In this document: positions 1 to 14,176 of the stretch, one piece after another
Position numbering within the stretch: the first letter of the stretch is position 1
How the letters are laid out: the number at the start of each line of letters is the position of its first letter
Assembly: GCA_051294905.1 (NCBI GenBank)
Contig: CM119372.1
Location: 3,846,001 to 3,910,000, forward strand
From: Botryllus schlosseri
Taxonomy: Eukaryota
Direction of reading: 5' to 3'
DNA length: 64,000 nucleotides
Made by a program: the position numbers and the translations under genes
Notes under the pieces: generated by a model
Seen by the model: the letters and a program-made list of their open reading frames with translations, nothing else
Told to the model about the DNA's origin: nothing
Databases searched by the model: none

Positions 1-799
1 AACAAGCTATGAGGAATTGTACGCGAATCAAGCGACATAACTGTGATATGCTCACATCGATTCCGTCATATGAGCTGCGATGTGAGCGGCCACGCAGAGG
101 CGTTTTTCGGTATTTTGGGTGGAGCTTTGTAGAAGTCTGCTGGTATACTGGCCCATTCCGGTTGACGTTCCCCGCAGCTACAATGCGTCACAAATATTAT
201 AAATTTGTCAGCTCAACCGCACTATTAGGGTCTGAATGCTTCAACAAGAATATGTTGACAAAATGGGCGTCGGAGATCGAAATCGTTGCGTAACCTTAAA
301 AATGTATTTGTTGATATAGGGTGGGAATCGCTTTTGTCCGTATCCATAGAAGTACACAATCTACACATATGTATCACTGGGGTGTTTTTTGTTTATCCCG
401 TGTTTGCTCCTGTTAATCCCATTAAAATGTACCCGCAATCAATGAAAACGCACGCTCAAGTCGCATGGATGATGTTAGTAGCTTTTCAGTATACATACCA
501 TGAAGTATGGACCAGTTTCGGGCATCTTGTGACGCCGCGCGCGGAGATGACACTATGCAGTGTCTGTAGGATTTGAAATTGCATATCAAATCTGTACTTC
601 ATGCACACGAACTTGAACAATTGGATCGTTCTTGTCGTCTAATTCGACGAACGAAATGCCGGTAATTGAATTCGAATGTAATTAGTGAAGCGTCACTATG
701 TTCTAATTTCAATTCTAATCTAATTTCTCGTGTTACTGAAAATGCTGCAGGAGAACTGTGTTGTAGGAAACGAGTCAAGCTTTGTGTACAGAAATTTGC

Positions 800-1970
800 T
801 AGGGATGGTGTGAACGTGAGGTTCACGTTCGCGTTCTGTGTGTGAACCTCGGAAATTTAGAGGTTCGCGTTCACAACAGAACCTTGGTAGGTTCTGCACT
901 GTGAACCTTTCTCATGTATTACAATTTTCACTTCATTACAACATCGATGGTTCAAATTTATTGCATTTCAACTGCAGGCCACTCTATACATGGCGCTATA
1001 GGCATAAAAAATCAACACTAAACGAGCATGTACCTTGACAATCTCAAAAGTTTTACTTGGTTTGTTGCAACAGTTTGCTCGAAATATCCAACTTTCCGTT
1101 TGTAAATATTTATTGACTCTCTGCTGCGAGCTTGACCCACAATCACAAAACATCACGATCGAAATAAGCTACGTAGTCAGCGAATGATGCTTATTCAACT
1201 AATCAATCTAGCAGGTGTATGGGGTCAACCTTGACTTCATATGTTTACTGGATCATTAAAACCAAATCGGTGCGATTGAGGTGTTGGCTACTGCTGTATA
1301 ACTTGTTAATAGGGTAATATTGGTAGCAAGTATAGAAACCCGTTTCACACTCCGCTCAATATCAATGTAGCAATACTCAGACACCGAATAGATTTTCCGA
1401 CCTGTCATACAAAAACGGTGACTCAAGTCTGACTTGAGTCAAGTCATGACTCGAGTCTTCCCAACACTGCTACGAGGCTATATCTGCATCTTCCTTGTCC
1501 GACGGCATATGCACATCATGTACCCATGGTATGCATATATGCAGATCGTGTGTTTGTATAGATATCATGAATCGGTGTGTATACCGCAAGAACATCAAGG
1601 ACAAAAATAAACTACGTCCCTTGATTCCCTTATATTCCCTGGTAAGTCCTCGTCAAAATTGTTGGCAAAGCGACGGAAGATATTGATTTTATGAGATTAT
1701 TATATCAATAGATTGCCCCAGTTGATACATTTGGCGATGTTTAAAATGTCAATATGTAGTTCAGCATTGTGACGTAATGTTGCCCGAGTCGTCGCTAGGT
1801 ATCTGTACATGTACATTAATATAGGCTATCATTTCATTGAAGGATAGGTTGGAATTAGCAATATGACGTCCCGTGACGTCATGAGGTTCACGTTCGTGTT
1901 CACACAGAACCTTTCAAAAAGGTTCGCGTTCACACGAACCTGAACCTTTTAGAGGTTCACACCATCCCTA
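800..1970. mobile_element. Non-autonomous hAT-like MITE (TAGGGATGGTGTGAAC termini) carrying nested repeat fragments
   Basis: TIRs tagggatggtgtgaac...gttcacaccatcccta; exact 8-bp TSD AAATTTGC (792-799, 1971-1978); second copy at 62018-62351. Confidence 0.85.
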
Positions 1971-2833
1971 AAATTTGCCATTCTCATGAGATTAAACTGA
2001 TACGCACTGAATTTTTGTTGTACTTCCTTCTACTTTGGATTTTAACTCAATTTCCAAGTGTTCGGTAATTCAAATTCAAATCTAATTCATTGGAGAAAAT
2101 CGTATCGCTATAATTGTAATTCTAATCTAATTTGGAAAAGATGAACATTTTATAGTTGCAAGACTCAGCATCAGCACGCGGCGGATGCCGGAAAAACGAC
2201 GATATCATACTTAAGGTCGTATTCGAGCCACCACATAACCCATCACTCGGACTGCGTGTGTGGAATATCTCATGGATTTTAGGCACGTCTTATGCCATCG
2301 TAATTTGTGAATATTAACAGCCAACTCGAGCGCGCAGGGTTCACAGCCTGAAATTGTCCACTCCGAGCAAGGAGCAATCTAACATCTTAAACATCCTGCT
2401 ATATCTATTGTAGCGGCATATGGGGACAGCGAGAACTGAAGCTAGCCCGCGACATACAGAAGAAGTCGTGATATTTACATGCTAAATTCCAAGGCTGCGG
2501 AAGCCCCACCAAAAGCAAATATCGCCGAGTGTCGTCCAACGCAGCGGTGAATTTTATTCACAATTATATGTTTGAGGTTCGGAGCACAAAGCTAATAATT
2601 TTACGTCGACGTACGCGTCAAATCGAGGCAATAGTACGACGTTATGGCAGTTTCTATGAGTATCTACGGTTGTCTATGAGTTTCGAGTTACTGCAACAAC
2701 TAAACCGTATCGACGTAAGCATCGATACGTTTTCTTTTGGTCACATCTTATAACGACAACGTATGGAATGTAGTTGTGGGTATAAATATATGTTTGTGTT
2801 CGGACACGTATCAGGTGATGCAGATAGCAAGAT

Positions 2834-5800
2834 ATGACTAAACGTAGTACTATGAAGTCGTTAGTTCGCTGCGCGACATCAAGATACATCTGTTTCCCGC
2901 TCATCTTCACGATCACGACAATATCCATGATGGCCACCGTTCTGCAGCACACTTACGTGAAATCGGCAACGCAAGTCGACGTGAAAAAAGAAATCATGCC
3001 ACGGATGAATTCTGCGCTGCCGGAGAGCGAACCAGCGACCACGAAATTGGAATATACTATCGCATCCACAAAACGATCTTACGGCGGGAAGGCTGCATTC
3101 GGTATGATTACCACCATTTGATGATCAAGGTCGTGTCTCCACACTAGACACTATAGCCCTGCGCTGCTGTACACAGTGCACATAGTCCCAAAGCCAAGTG
3201 CTGGATATTGCTGATATATACAGAGTTCGACCAATTCTTATAATCGCACTTTTTATCACTATCACACATTTTCGTGACGTGGTATTAGGGAGTCAGAGAG
3301 CTATATAATCTGCTATTGCTTGACTGGCAATATTGCTGTATTTCTTGTAGCTTACTTGTGTTCAGTCCAGATGCAGCCGTTCTAGTTTATTTCATGCCGA
3401 ACCATAGCGATGGCCATAAAGCTGTTCAAATAAGTGCTATGAAGTTTTGGAAATGTGCCGTATCATATCATATATCATATGTCATATCATCTGAATATAT
3501 CGGAGTTATCGGTGAAGGTGCTATAGTTATCGGTTTGATCGGTATCAGCTCAAAAATCCGATATCGATCGAGCCCTAGTTATATAATATATATAATTAAT
3601 TTAGGGCAAGTTTTTGCAACTTTTGCAACTTTTTTTCACAACTTCCAGCAGCTTCCTAAATACTCAGAAGTTATGTAGTATGGTGTTTTAAGCTGTTTGG
3701 AAGAAACTTATAATGCAACCTTTGGCAACTTTTCTTCATTTTATCATTCAACTTTTTGAAACTTTTTCGATATTTCATGCAAATTTATGACACTCTGTGA
3801 TTTTTCATGGAACTTTTTGCAAGTTTTTTCGGTTTTTATGCAACTAACTTTTTACTGGAAATATTTGGAACTATACGTAAATAGATCGCTGGATTATTGC
3901 ACTGTCGTTTACATTTGAGGTTCTTTCTGCATTCAGGCTAAGGCCGACGAAAATGATATTTTCACTGGGTCTATATTTTCAGGCTATTGATTTTGTTGGA
4001 GTCGCCAACATTGAGTTTTGCTACAGTACCTTGGATACGGAACGATTCGAGTATCTCATACCCTAATAATTTCAAGGAACTTGTCCATAAACGCAACTTG
4101 TTAGTGCGACTTTTGTAAAAATTAAATGCAACGTTCTACTGCAACTTTAATGAAAAATAAGTGCATACTTCCACGGATTTGACTGCAAAAAAACTTGCCC
4201 TATAAGTTTGTTTTTTGGTATTGGACTTCATAGCATAAACTGTTGTGTTGAACTTGATAATTTCGATGCAGAAATTAGGATTCCACTATGTATTGTAAAG
4301 ATTATGGTAAAAGCGACTATTTCTCACCGACATAGCACAGAATAAATCCAAAAATACAAATCCGTTTGAAAGACACGACTATGGCTGGTGGAATATCGTA
4401 TCCACCAATGGTCGTCAATGGTCATTAGTCAACCACGCATGAGCAGTGTGCAATAGGCAGTGCACCCATGATCCAGGTCGAGTTCTCTAATGGAAGTATA
4501 GATATTTACACCCGCACTTTAAAGTGTATAATGCGTTATTATCGAGCTATTCAATCGGATTTCATCGCGTCATGGTGCCAACTTCGCTAATTCATACCCT
4601 AACGCCAACAGAACAGAGGCTAGTTGAGCGCAATGCTATTGGGCTAGGGTCCCGAGTATAAGCTTGCGTCTCAGAAATTATTTGCTGATTGTAATCGGAC
4701 TGGATTGCATTTTCCAACCAACGTTCGCAAAGCTTTGGAAGCAATGAACGAATGATTTCCAACTTTAAGGCATACACAAAAACACAATTTCGCGCTCCAA
4801 TCAAAATTACTGTCACGAAAATCTGGCTCACTTGCATAAATAGTTTCGAAAAAACATTTAGTATGAGCCTTCGGACTAGTCGACGAACACGATATGGAAT
4901 GGTTAGAACTCTCGAACTCGTCGTACGTTCGATACAGTGATAGCCCGTAGTTTTTGATCATTACGGAATGGATGTTCTGATGATAATGACCGTCCGTAAA
5001 AATGCTGCATTACAATGTAGGCCTGGTCAAACTATATTCAGGTCCGTGTAAGACAGAAGACGGAAGCACTTTTCGACAAAGGAGCCATACATACCCTATA
5101 TTTTCAATTGTCAATGTCATTCCACTGTTATGTCAGCATGTCACAATAAAAGATTCGTGACGACGTGGCTATAATAAGAAATTATGTTTTAAACAAGGGC
5201 CATGTTTAAAACATGTTTGTTTTAAATTTATTTTTGTTTTAAATGCAACCCTATTCACGATCCATCCGGTTGGGAAGCACTGATGTAGGCTGATAGGTGT
5301 TTTGCACAGTCAGTTACCGATGCGTGTTCGCCAGTCGCTATAGTGGAGTTACGACTATGTGCAAAATTTGAATGAATTCCATATTCACAGTCATTCATAA
5401 AAAAAAACATTCAACGTATTCTAATTTGCATTGCAGTACCTTTACGGAATATGAATCTTGATTCGCTACCCAATCCGAAACTACCCGAGTTACCTAAAAT
5501 TGAGAAAATCAAGGAAGATAAAGTAACTAAGGTAAGATGTCTCGCACTGCATAACGGAAATTCGAATGCGATTTGAACGCAGAATATCATCTGATCACAC
5601 CGTTTTATATCAGCAGAAAGGATTGAAATCGACCAGAGTTCACGCGAAATTCAAGCAGAATCAAGTTAATCTTCACGGAATAAACAGAGGGATACCGAAG
5701 GCTTTGTCAGAGATCGCGGAGAAAATGTCAGAGGCGAAAAATGCGAAGACAAAAATGAAAGGTTAGTCCACCTATAAACATGGGCCTATACTGACGAATG

Positions 5801-8800
5801 TAATGTATTGGTTATTTAAACACTCGGGGCCTATGAATATCGTAGGCCCCGGAATATTCCTGGCATGTCCGTGCCAATCGAGAACTCTTCTAAATATAAA
5901 CACGTCCTATGTTTGATATTAGTCGTACTTACAATCTCACATTTGTATACCAACTTCCCCCACGCAGCACACTCACAGTGGGTTTGTTATTCTAGATATC
6001 TGCACATGAACCTCTTTGTTTACAGAACATTGGCAAGCATATGTCTTTACAAAGTATGTACTAAAGTGTAGGTGACACGATTCCGCCCATTCAATACATG
6101 GTCTTTATATTGATTAACTGAATACCCGACTTCCTGTGTCATTTTTCAAAATATAATGTGATGGATTTATCCGTTACATACACAGATGCTTTGGGACGAA
6201 GATGTAGATCCAACGATTTCTTCTGTCTGAACGCATCAACAACAATCGATATGAACAATTGGTATTATAAATACTTCTGCAGCCATCTACAATCTACATA
6301 ATCAAACAACAACAATTCAAATGCTAGATGAGTAGGCGTATATGCTAAGTGCAGTGTACGTTTTGCACTCGAAGCAGTGTGTACCTTCATTGAAGTCTTC
6401 CGTTGAGGTTGCTCTCTTATCTTCCAGTGGCAACGCTGAAAATATTTAGCACGGGCAATCATAGTTACCGATACAGCACTGCAACAGCAGTTTTACGAAT
6501 ATTGTCTATTTTTGTTGAAATAGTCAATCAATATAGACTGTCTCGAAACTTTCACCTTCTAACACAGCTAGTAGCTGTTTAGTGTTAAATAAGCTACTTC
6601 ACATGTAGGCTATCGTTTATGTATTTCGCTTCTTTCCAAAGTATTGCAATTTTACTGTGAGAATCTGATAAAGTTGGAATTGATGTTTAGGTGTTTTGAT
6701 CGTTACGAACTATCGATCTGGATCGACATTTCTCGGGCAACTCTTCAATCAGCACCCAGACGCATTTTATACTTTCGAACCGCTCTTTCCATTCGGTTCT
6801 AACTGCTCGTTTGAAGTGAGTTTTTGTATGCATACAAGCTATAGTTCTTTCAGTTTGATGGTGGTATTCTTCAGATGCTGTGATGACAGGATAATTATTC
6901 TCATTTTAATTCAAGTATAAATGAGATCTAAAACATGACGGAGTTTAACCGTGATCTCGCATTCTACTGGTTTATAACATGTTTATGGGACGCACTTCGT
7001 TCGTTGGTCCCACCTTGGTTTGTGGTATTTGTGTTCGTCTCTATAATATCCTCGCAATACGGATGTGAGATATGCATCGACACTATAGCTACCTGTATGA
7101 TTATGGAAACGCGTGATCGGGTTACTCAGTTCATTCATTCGTAAATTTGTATCATTCCAAAACATGAGTTTGTGATACTATAAACATATATGAAGAGACG
7201 GCTTGAGCGGAATTTCACGACGGTTCAAATAAATGATCTCATCACAACAGGGTTGTAACCAAGTCACAAGGCTCCGAGTCACAAGTCAATCTCCCTTTTA
7301 TAGTTTTGACTCGAGTCAAGTCGAGTCATTTCAATTCACCACCGAGTCAAGTCCGAGTCCAAGTCATTGAGCAGAGGGTCGAGTCCGAGTCAAGGGCGTA
7401 GCCAGAAAAAATATTTGGGGGGGGCGAAAAATTCGATGACGTAAAGGAACCTTAAAGATAAAGAAAAATAGGTAAAAAAACGATTGACTTGGGCCCTTAT
7501 TGGATGATTAACACAACATCTGGGGCGATCGTTATATATATATATTCCATTCACAGACATGATGTGATAATATAATGATTGTGTAAAACTCCGATGACAA
7601 CACCTTCGCGCGAAGCGCGAAAATTTTTCTTGGTTAATGAATGAAATTGGTTCATTCTATTGTTATTTGCATATTGCAAATACGTTTTCATGATCAGATT
7701 TACTGGCAGTGCTGATAGAAGTGTGGTGTCATCAAACATTCAGGGGCACTTAATTATACATCTTGAGCTATATGTTCCATATGAACTATATATGAATGTT
7801 GATGAGCTTTTTTTGATCTTCCGATAAGAGAGCACCGGATAATAGGTAACGGTGAAAACAATACTTATATTAATACGTATCAAAATCAATAACAATTATG
7901 ACATGAAGACTTCTGGTGGATCCCCGACCTAGCCACGCGAAATATTGTACATTATATAGGACGATCTACGAAAAATGTGGCTGGCCCCTGGCTACGCCAA
8001 TTCGCCGAAACTGATTGTTTAGCCGTCAAAATCCCAAATTTCGCGGTCAAGCTAAACAAAATTTGGTTATTTGGTTTTGGTAATTTATTTTTTGATAATA
8101 TTAGTAATATCGAGAATTAACCCGCGGGCCACTCAAAATCTCAAGAGATCACGCACACGTAAGGTCGCAGCCAGAAAAACAATTTTTTTAGGGGAGCTAT
8201 CCCGTGGGAACATCTCGCAGAACCGTACATACTGCCATGGGAAATTTCATACATGCGATTCTTAGACGCACACATACATATACCCGATGGAAGTTTCCAG
8301 TTGCCAACTAAGCTTGTATTAGGTGGTCGTTTCGCGGACGAGCCCAAATCGCTGACATTAAGTGATGAACAATCAGTCTGAATTTCGGCCATAGTCGCGC
8401 AGAACGTAAATGTTTTTTTGTTGTTGAATAAATGAAGGATTAATTTGATCAATAATATTGGTTCGTCTTTATGAGTAAGTGGTGTCCATTCTTATCACTT
8501 CGTTGAAGCACGCGGTTAGTACGTAACCTCTGGTACAGATTGACGCTATTATACTTTAAAGATTGGAATCGCTGATACAAATCAGACCAAATAATAAAAC
8601 TCCTTTGATCAGACTCGTTCAATTTCAAATCAGCACTTTTTAACGTGAGGTGGTGATATTTTCCTGTTCCAGTCGCATTTATGTTGTAGGGGTCTGATTG
8701 CAGGGACAGGATCATTAGGCGCCATGCAGCCATTTTTAAGCACCAGAAAATGTTTCTCGAAGGCTTTCGGAATACATGGGTCGGTTTTATGGCCGTCAAT

Positions 8801-11800
8801 CATTTTGGAAGCGCACTTTGCGGAGTCGCATGTAGCCTACTTTATATATATATATTCGTGTGTCCCGGAACGGAAGTTGCCGGAGTTATCAGTCCCCAAC
8901 CCCGTACTGAACTGACACTCCTATAGACTCAATCAACCCAACGACCTCGGGCTACTGTATTTTATCTACTGGTACTGTTGTATTTTCATAATAGAGAATT
9001 CTAAATAATAGCTAAATTCTATAATGGGTATTTGCGGAAGAGTTTTTTTTTCGTGATACCGATATTAAAATCAAGACATGAATGGACAATAAATCGCGCG
9101 AAGCGCGAAGAAAAATTTGAGGTTACATACATCTACGCCAAAATACTGTAATATCTATTGATTTTTAAAAAAATTCCAAAAATTTGGGGGGGGCGACCGC
9201 CCCTTTCGCCCCTCCCTGGCTACGCCAGTGGTCCGAGTCATGCTATAATGACTCGAGTCCGAGTCCAAGTCATTGTGTTGGCTGCTCAGTTTCCAGGTAA
9301 AGTCTTGTTAAACCCACTTTTTATAACTCTGTTTGATGATATCGAATGGTTCGCATTTATAATATACTAATTTCCCTCACTTTTAGCAGTTTCTGGTCGC
9401 ATTTTCAATTACCAGTATCGATAGATGAAATCCCAATAGTGTGGTTTCTTTACTATTGTTCGAAATTACAATGAAATTTCAGTATTGACCGTCTGAGTCT
9501 CGAGTCATATGACTTGGTTCAAGTCATGCTCAATGGCTGAGTCCAAGTCGAGTCAATACACAGATTGACTCAAATCGAGTCGAGTCATTTCCGTATTTTC
9601 AGAAAATGACTCGAGTCAAGTCGAGTCATCCGAAAATCGTGACTCGAGTCGAGTCGAGTCATTTCCGTATTTTGAGAAAATGACTCGAGTCAAGTCGAGT
9701 CATCAGAAAATCGTGACTCGAGTCGGACTCGAGTCGAGTCATGACTCGAGTCATTACAACCCTGCATCACAACCATAAGCAGCGGTTCTGTTTTTTCATC
9801 CGTTTAAGACACACCGTAGGCCTACAATCTGATGCAATCATAGGAGGATATCGAAACGACCTAGTAAGGTTTATCCATCTAACACCCGCCTCAGTCCAAA
9901 GTTGGACAATTAGAATTTTTTTATATTTTAAAAATTAGTTTAAAATTATCGCTACCCAGTTATTTCACAAATTAGAGTTACAGAATTCGCAAAAAACTTG
10001 GAGATTGAAGTCCAGCTCTTACCAAATCAGAGTTCATTCTCATATACATGATGATTGTATATTTCTGTACACCATAACATGGCTCGTTTCCCACGGGACA
10101 GTTCTCCTGAAGCATTTTCAGAAAAAACAATAAATTAAATTGTAATTGGATTACCAGCATTTCGTCCAAATTAGCCCGATTAGACAACTATAATGATCTA
10201 GAATCTATAGATCACCTAGATCAGTGGTGCCCAACCTTTTTCGACTCATCGCCGCCTTTTCAAGCTCCACACCTATCATCGCCCCCCAAATGTTGGGAAC
10301 CGAAAAATGGGCATACAAACTGTAATGACCAGCGACTGAGTTGACTAAAAAAGGTCAACTTTTCGGTTTGACCTCGAAATTAGACTTTTACAACTACATT
10401 TTCGTGAGTTGACTAAAAAAAGGTCATTTCTCCGACTTGACTCCAATATAGCCGTTTAACGCGCCATCGCCCCCTTCATCCGTTTTCGCCCCCCTATCGC
10501 CCCCTTCGTTATTTTCGCCCCCCTAGACAGCCAAATCGCCCACTGGGAGGCGATATCGCCCACGTTGGGACCCAATGATAGATGATCGAGTCTGGCCCAG
10601 CCTACAAGGTATTTGCTAGTAGCAATGTCCCATGTGACATCGTTCGACGTTTCGGCTTTCTTAACTATGATGATACCAATCTCTTTTAATTCTCTTCCTT
10701 GCAGTCGCCGCTGGGCTACGCAACGCAAAACTTACGTTTTTGGTATATATACAGCTTCAAAGAAGAATCAGGACAATGCATGAAATGATGAAATGTAATT
10801 TTCCGAACATGGATCGATTGTACCGCGAACTTCATAAGAACCCGAATAAGACCGGGACTCACAAATCGTGCGTTGGTAACAATTTCTGCTTCAGGTATAC
10901 AAATTGGCTATCGTTAGGTTTAGCTACAACATAGTGAACTATGTACGCAATCTTTGTAAAGATACAACCACAAAGATTTGTGTGATCACGACACCTGTCC
11001 GCACGGAAATAAAGATACGTGCATGGGTTGCGGTCCGGTGGATCTTCGCTCTGTGAGATATAAATGCAGATCCAGAAAGGTATTCCTCAAATCTCGTAAT
11101 TGTGTGTAATATATGTACTTATGTACGTCGTACGCTTAAATTATGGACGCGCTGTCATCTAATGATATGTAGGCTACGTACACGTACAATAGTACATTTG
11201 ATTTACGTCAGCATCTTAACCGTGCGTCACTGACTAATGCCATGACATTTTTATGTTATATACCGGGGCCTGTTAGCTTTTCTCAAGAAGTCGGTATGGA
11301 CTTTACTGAAAATATTGACTGAAGAAATATTTGTCTTGTTCGGCACACATTGTTATGAAGAAGCTCATATGGACGATACGACTTAGTCGCTTAGCCTACC
11401 TATGAGACGAATGATGCACGTCCACCGTCCAGTCGTCCAGTTTGTCATGTCACAATATTGTTTTTCTGTGTGTTTCCAATTATTATGTCTGTTTATTGAC
11501 AGGTGGTGGCAATCAAACTCATACGACTCTGTTACATTGAAGAATATAGATCGCTATTTGAAGACGCCAATTTGGACTTAAAAGTAATTATCTGACGCAA
11601 AAACGCTGTATTCATTTGTGGCCGACAGTGATTATTTGAAACATTGGTGCACCCTAATTGACTCTTCTTAATTTGAGGATTCATTATATCCAGTAGCTTA
11701 GACTTTCAATTACAGCAGGGGCGGGCAACTTCTTCCGTCGGCCGGCCTGATATAGGAAAATAAAGTAATTGGCGGGCGGGATTACAGAATCGATTCATTA

Positions 11801-13803
11801 ATCGCGTCTTTATCCACATATACAAGGAATAAATGGCATTTGCGATAAACAATAAGTTTATACCATAAAGAGCAAAACATTAATAAAAATATGTACTTCA
11901 ATAGTTGTTGAAGTCAATGAGACATGTGTTGTCGATCAAAGTTATCGACAAGTTCTTTGAACTCTGGCTGCATTTCGGATGTTTAAACCCTTAGTAAAGA
12001 CTGCACGTGAACATCAGTTATTTTGGAACGCAGCCTTGTCTTGTTAATGTTCATGGTCGAAAATGCTTGCTCGCAAATGTATCTAGACCCGAATAGAACA
12101 AAGGTTCATAATCATCTTTCTCAGGTTTGTCAATACTTTCAGATTAGAAATTCACTTTCACGGTAGAAACTCTCTGCGTCCGCTCAAAATCCCTTCGCGG
12201 GCCGGATCTGGCCATATTTTGCCAGTCCCTGATTTACAGCACGTCATGCCATGTACCTTATTTACTAGTACATTGTGAAAATCATCCTTACTAATTACTA
12301 TAACTTGTTATTACGCGATCCTTAGTTACCGCCATCTTTTATGCTTGCGATTGACGTTCTCCAAATTCTATACTAAAATTCGGATTCCCCGGCTCTAAAG
12401 ACTCCTTTTCTGTATGATATATATAAATAAGGCATAGTTTCACACAGCTGTTGGAAATGCGAATCAGCATGACCATTGACCAACCACAATGCACATGTCT
12501 TCAGGTTATTCATCTGGTGAGAGATCCGCGGGGAATCTCGAGCTCCCGATTAAAAATCCATCCGGATTGGGACATTGTCGAGAACATACGAAGTACCTGC
12601 CACAGGCAAGTGATGAATTTGAAAGCCGGACGAAATGAGGACTGGCTGGCGAACAGATATAAGTTGATAAGGTGAGCGGATAAGTTAAACGTTCCCTATG
12701 GGATATCAACAATTAGAAGTGTTATTTGCTTAATTAAAGCAATGGTTCTCAAACTGGGGGGCGCGCCGCCCTAGGGGGATGTGAAATTATCTGAAGGGGG
12801 CGCGAAGCAGCGGTCAACTGATTTTTTTCTATACGCGCGATTTACCTCCAATTCATTGGTTTTGCTCCGTGTATGGTCCAAATTTCATATTTGAGAATGC
12901 TCTCATCAACATTCATAACCTCCCATGCCATCAAACTATCCGTTAGGATTGCCAGAATTCGTGTTGCAGTTTGTGATATGTCGATAAAGGGGGACGCGAA
13001 ATTTTTCACTATCGTAAAGGGGGCGTGCCTAAAAAAGTCTGAAAAACACTGAATTACAGCGCAATGCCGGTAATCTAATTCTAATCTAAGTTGTGAAATT
13101 TTCAATGTTCTCATTTTTATTCTATATTTAATGTCTGGTTTTCATGAAAATGCTGCAGCAAACTGTAGCCTATAGTATAGGCTACAGTGCGGAAGCGAGT
13201 CAAGCTTGGCGCACAGGCATTTGTGATCCTCAGGCTTATGAAAATGAACTCTAATTTGATATGAATTGAACTCGACTGTCGTTAGTTGTTGTTTTCAAAA
13301 TTAGGAATTTAATTCAATTTCCAAGATTTCAAGAATTCTATAATTATATGTATAATCTAATTTGGAAAAGCGAATATTCTCTATAGTTGCATTTATCAGT
13401 TTTGCTCACATTCCCATATCTGATTCAATAACGCAGATACGAAGACTTGGCCCTGAACCCGTTGGAACTGGCCACGGAAATATACGACTTCGTCGGTTTA
13501 CCGCTCACAGACGAGATTCGCGAGTGGATCGCGCAGAACACTCAGTTGAAAGTCAAAGCGAAAGCAAATATCAGAGAGAAACTTCTCGGCCGCAAAATGA
13601 ATGGCACTTATCAAGCTGTGGCGGATCCTTACGCTACACAACGTGATTCCAAAGCCGCGATGCAAGCGTGGAGGAATCATATATCACCTGCGGTTACAGA
13701 TAATATTCAAAAACATTGTTACGAGAGTTTACGAAGCTTGGGATATTATGACTTTAAAACTATCAATGAGCAGCTTAATATGAATATTAGTTCCATTTTA
13801 TGA
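2834..13803 (+). CDS. Golgi carbohydrate (Gal/GlcNAc) 6-O-sulfotransferase, CHST1/3/4/5/6-like, ~462 aa, 9 exons
   Basis: Exons 2834-3101, 5437-5531, 6026-6053, 6691-6815, 10755-10894, 10962-11079, 11503-11583, 12505-12671 and 13437-13803 are all GT-AG bounded and phase-compatible. N-terminal TM segment; 5'-PSB motif ([27 protein letters not shown]); KLIR; 3'-PB motif ([13 protein letters not shown]); RYEDLA. Confidence 0.9.
3602..4202. mobile_element. MITE with TAGGGCAAGTTTTTG termini
   Basis: TIR tagggcaagttttt...aaaaaacttgcccta; related copy at ~28229-28577 flanked by gttatcag/gttgtcag. Confidence 0.6.
7248..9764. mobile_element. Non-autonomous hAT-like element rich in GACTCGAGTC palindromes
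   Basis: TIRs cagggttgtaa...ttacaaccctg; exact 8-bp TSD CATCACAA (7240-7247, 9765-9772); related partial copies near 16.8-17.2 kb, 26.7-26.9 kb and 28.7-28.8 kb. Confidence 0.85.
7391..9230. mobile_element. Nested non-autonomous hAT-like element
   Basis: TIRs caagggcgtagccag...ctggctacgccagtg; exact 8-bp TSD GTCCGAGT; lies inside the 7248-9764 element. Confidence 0.8.
11716..12231 (-). mobile_element. Deleted Charlie/SPIN-type hAT element with transposase C-terminal remnant
   Basis: TIRs caggggcgggcaa...ttgccagtccctg; near-identical TSD aattacag/atttacag; the minus strand reads [37 protein letters not shown], the hAT dimerisation motif. Confidence 0.75.
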
Positions 13804-13914
13804 TAGTTCGTGTTGATAAACTCTATGCCGTCTCTAGCAGACCTTTGATATCTTGTTGAATACATAAATTATTGCTTTATAAAGACGAGTGAAATTGTGG
13901 AGGATCATAAGTGG

Positions 13915-14176
13915 TTTCCTTGGCATATCGTGATAACGGCCCGGCTTCTTGGTCAGTAGGTCGTCGGTTCAATCTGCTGTCAGACCAAAGACCTGATTAG
14001 TAACACTGGTATCCATGACTCCCCCGCTTGGCGCTCAGCATCGCAGGGATAGCACGCAGGGGTGGTGCAAGACTTAGAAAGTCTTACAAGGCTATTTCTG
14101 CACCTGCCTTGTCCAGCGTCATATGTAGGCAAGCCTACATCATGCACTCACGGTATGCATGCATTGCATATGCACA
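13915..14176 (+). mobile_element. Degenerate copy of the tRNA-derived SINE
   Basis: Shares cagaccaaagacctgattagtaacactggtatccatg...gggtggtgc with the 34610-34948 copy; a 3'-half copy lies at ~1476-1630. Confidence 0.7.
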
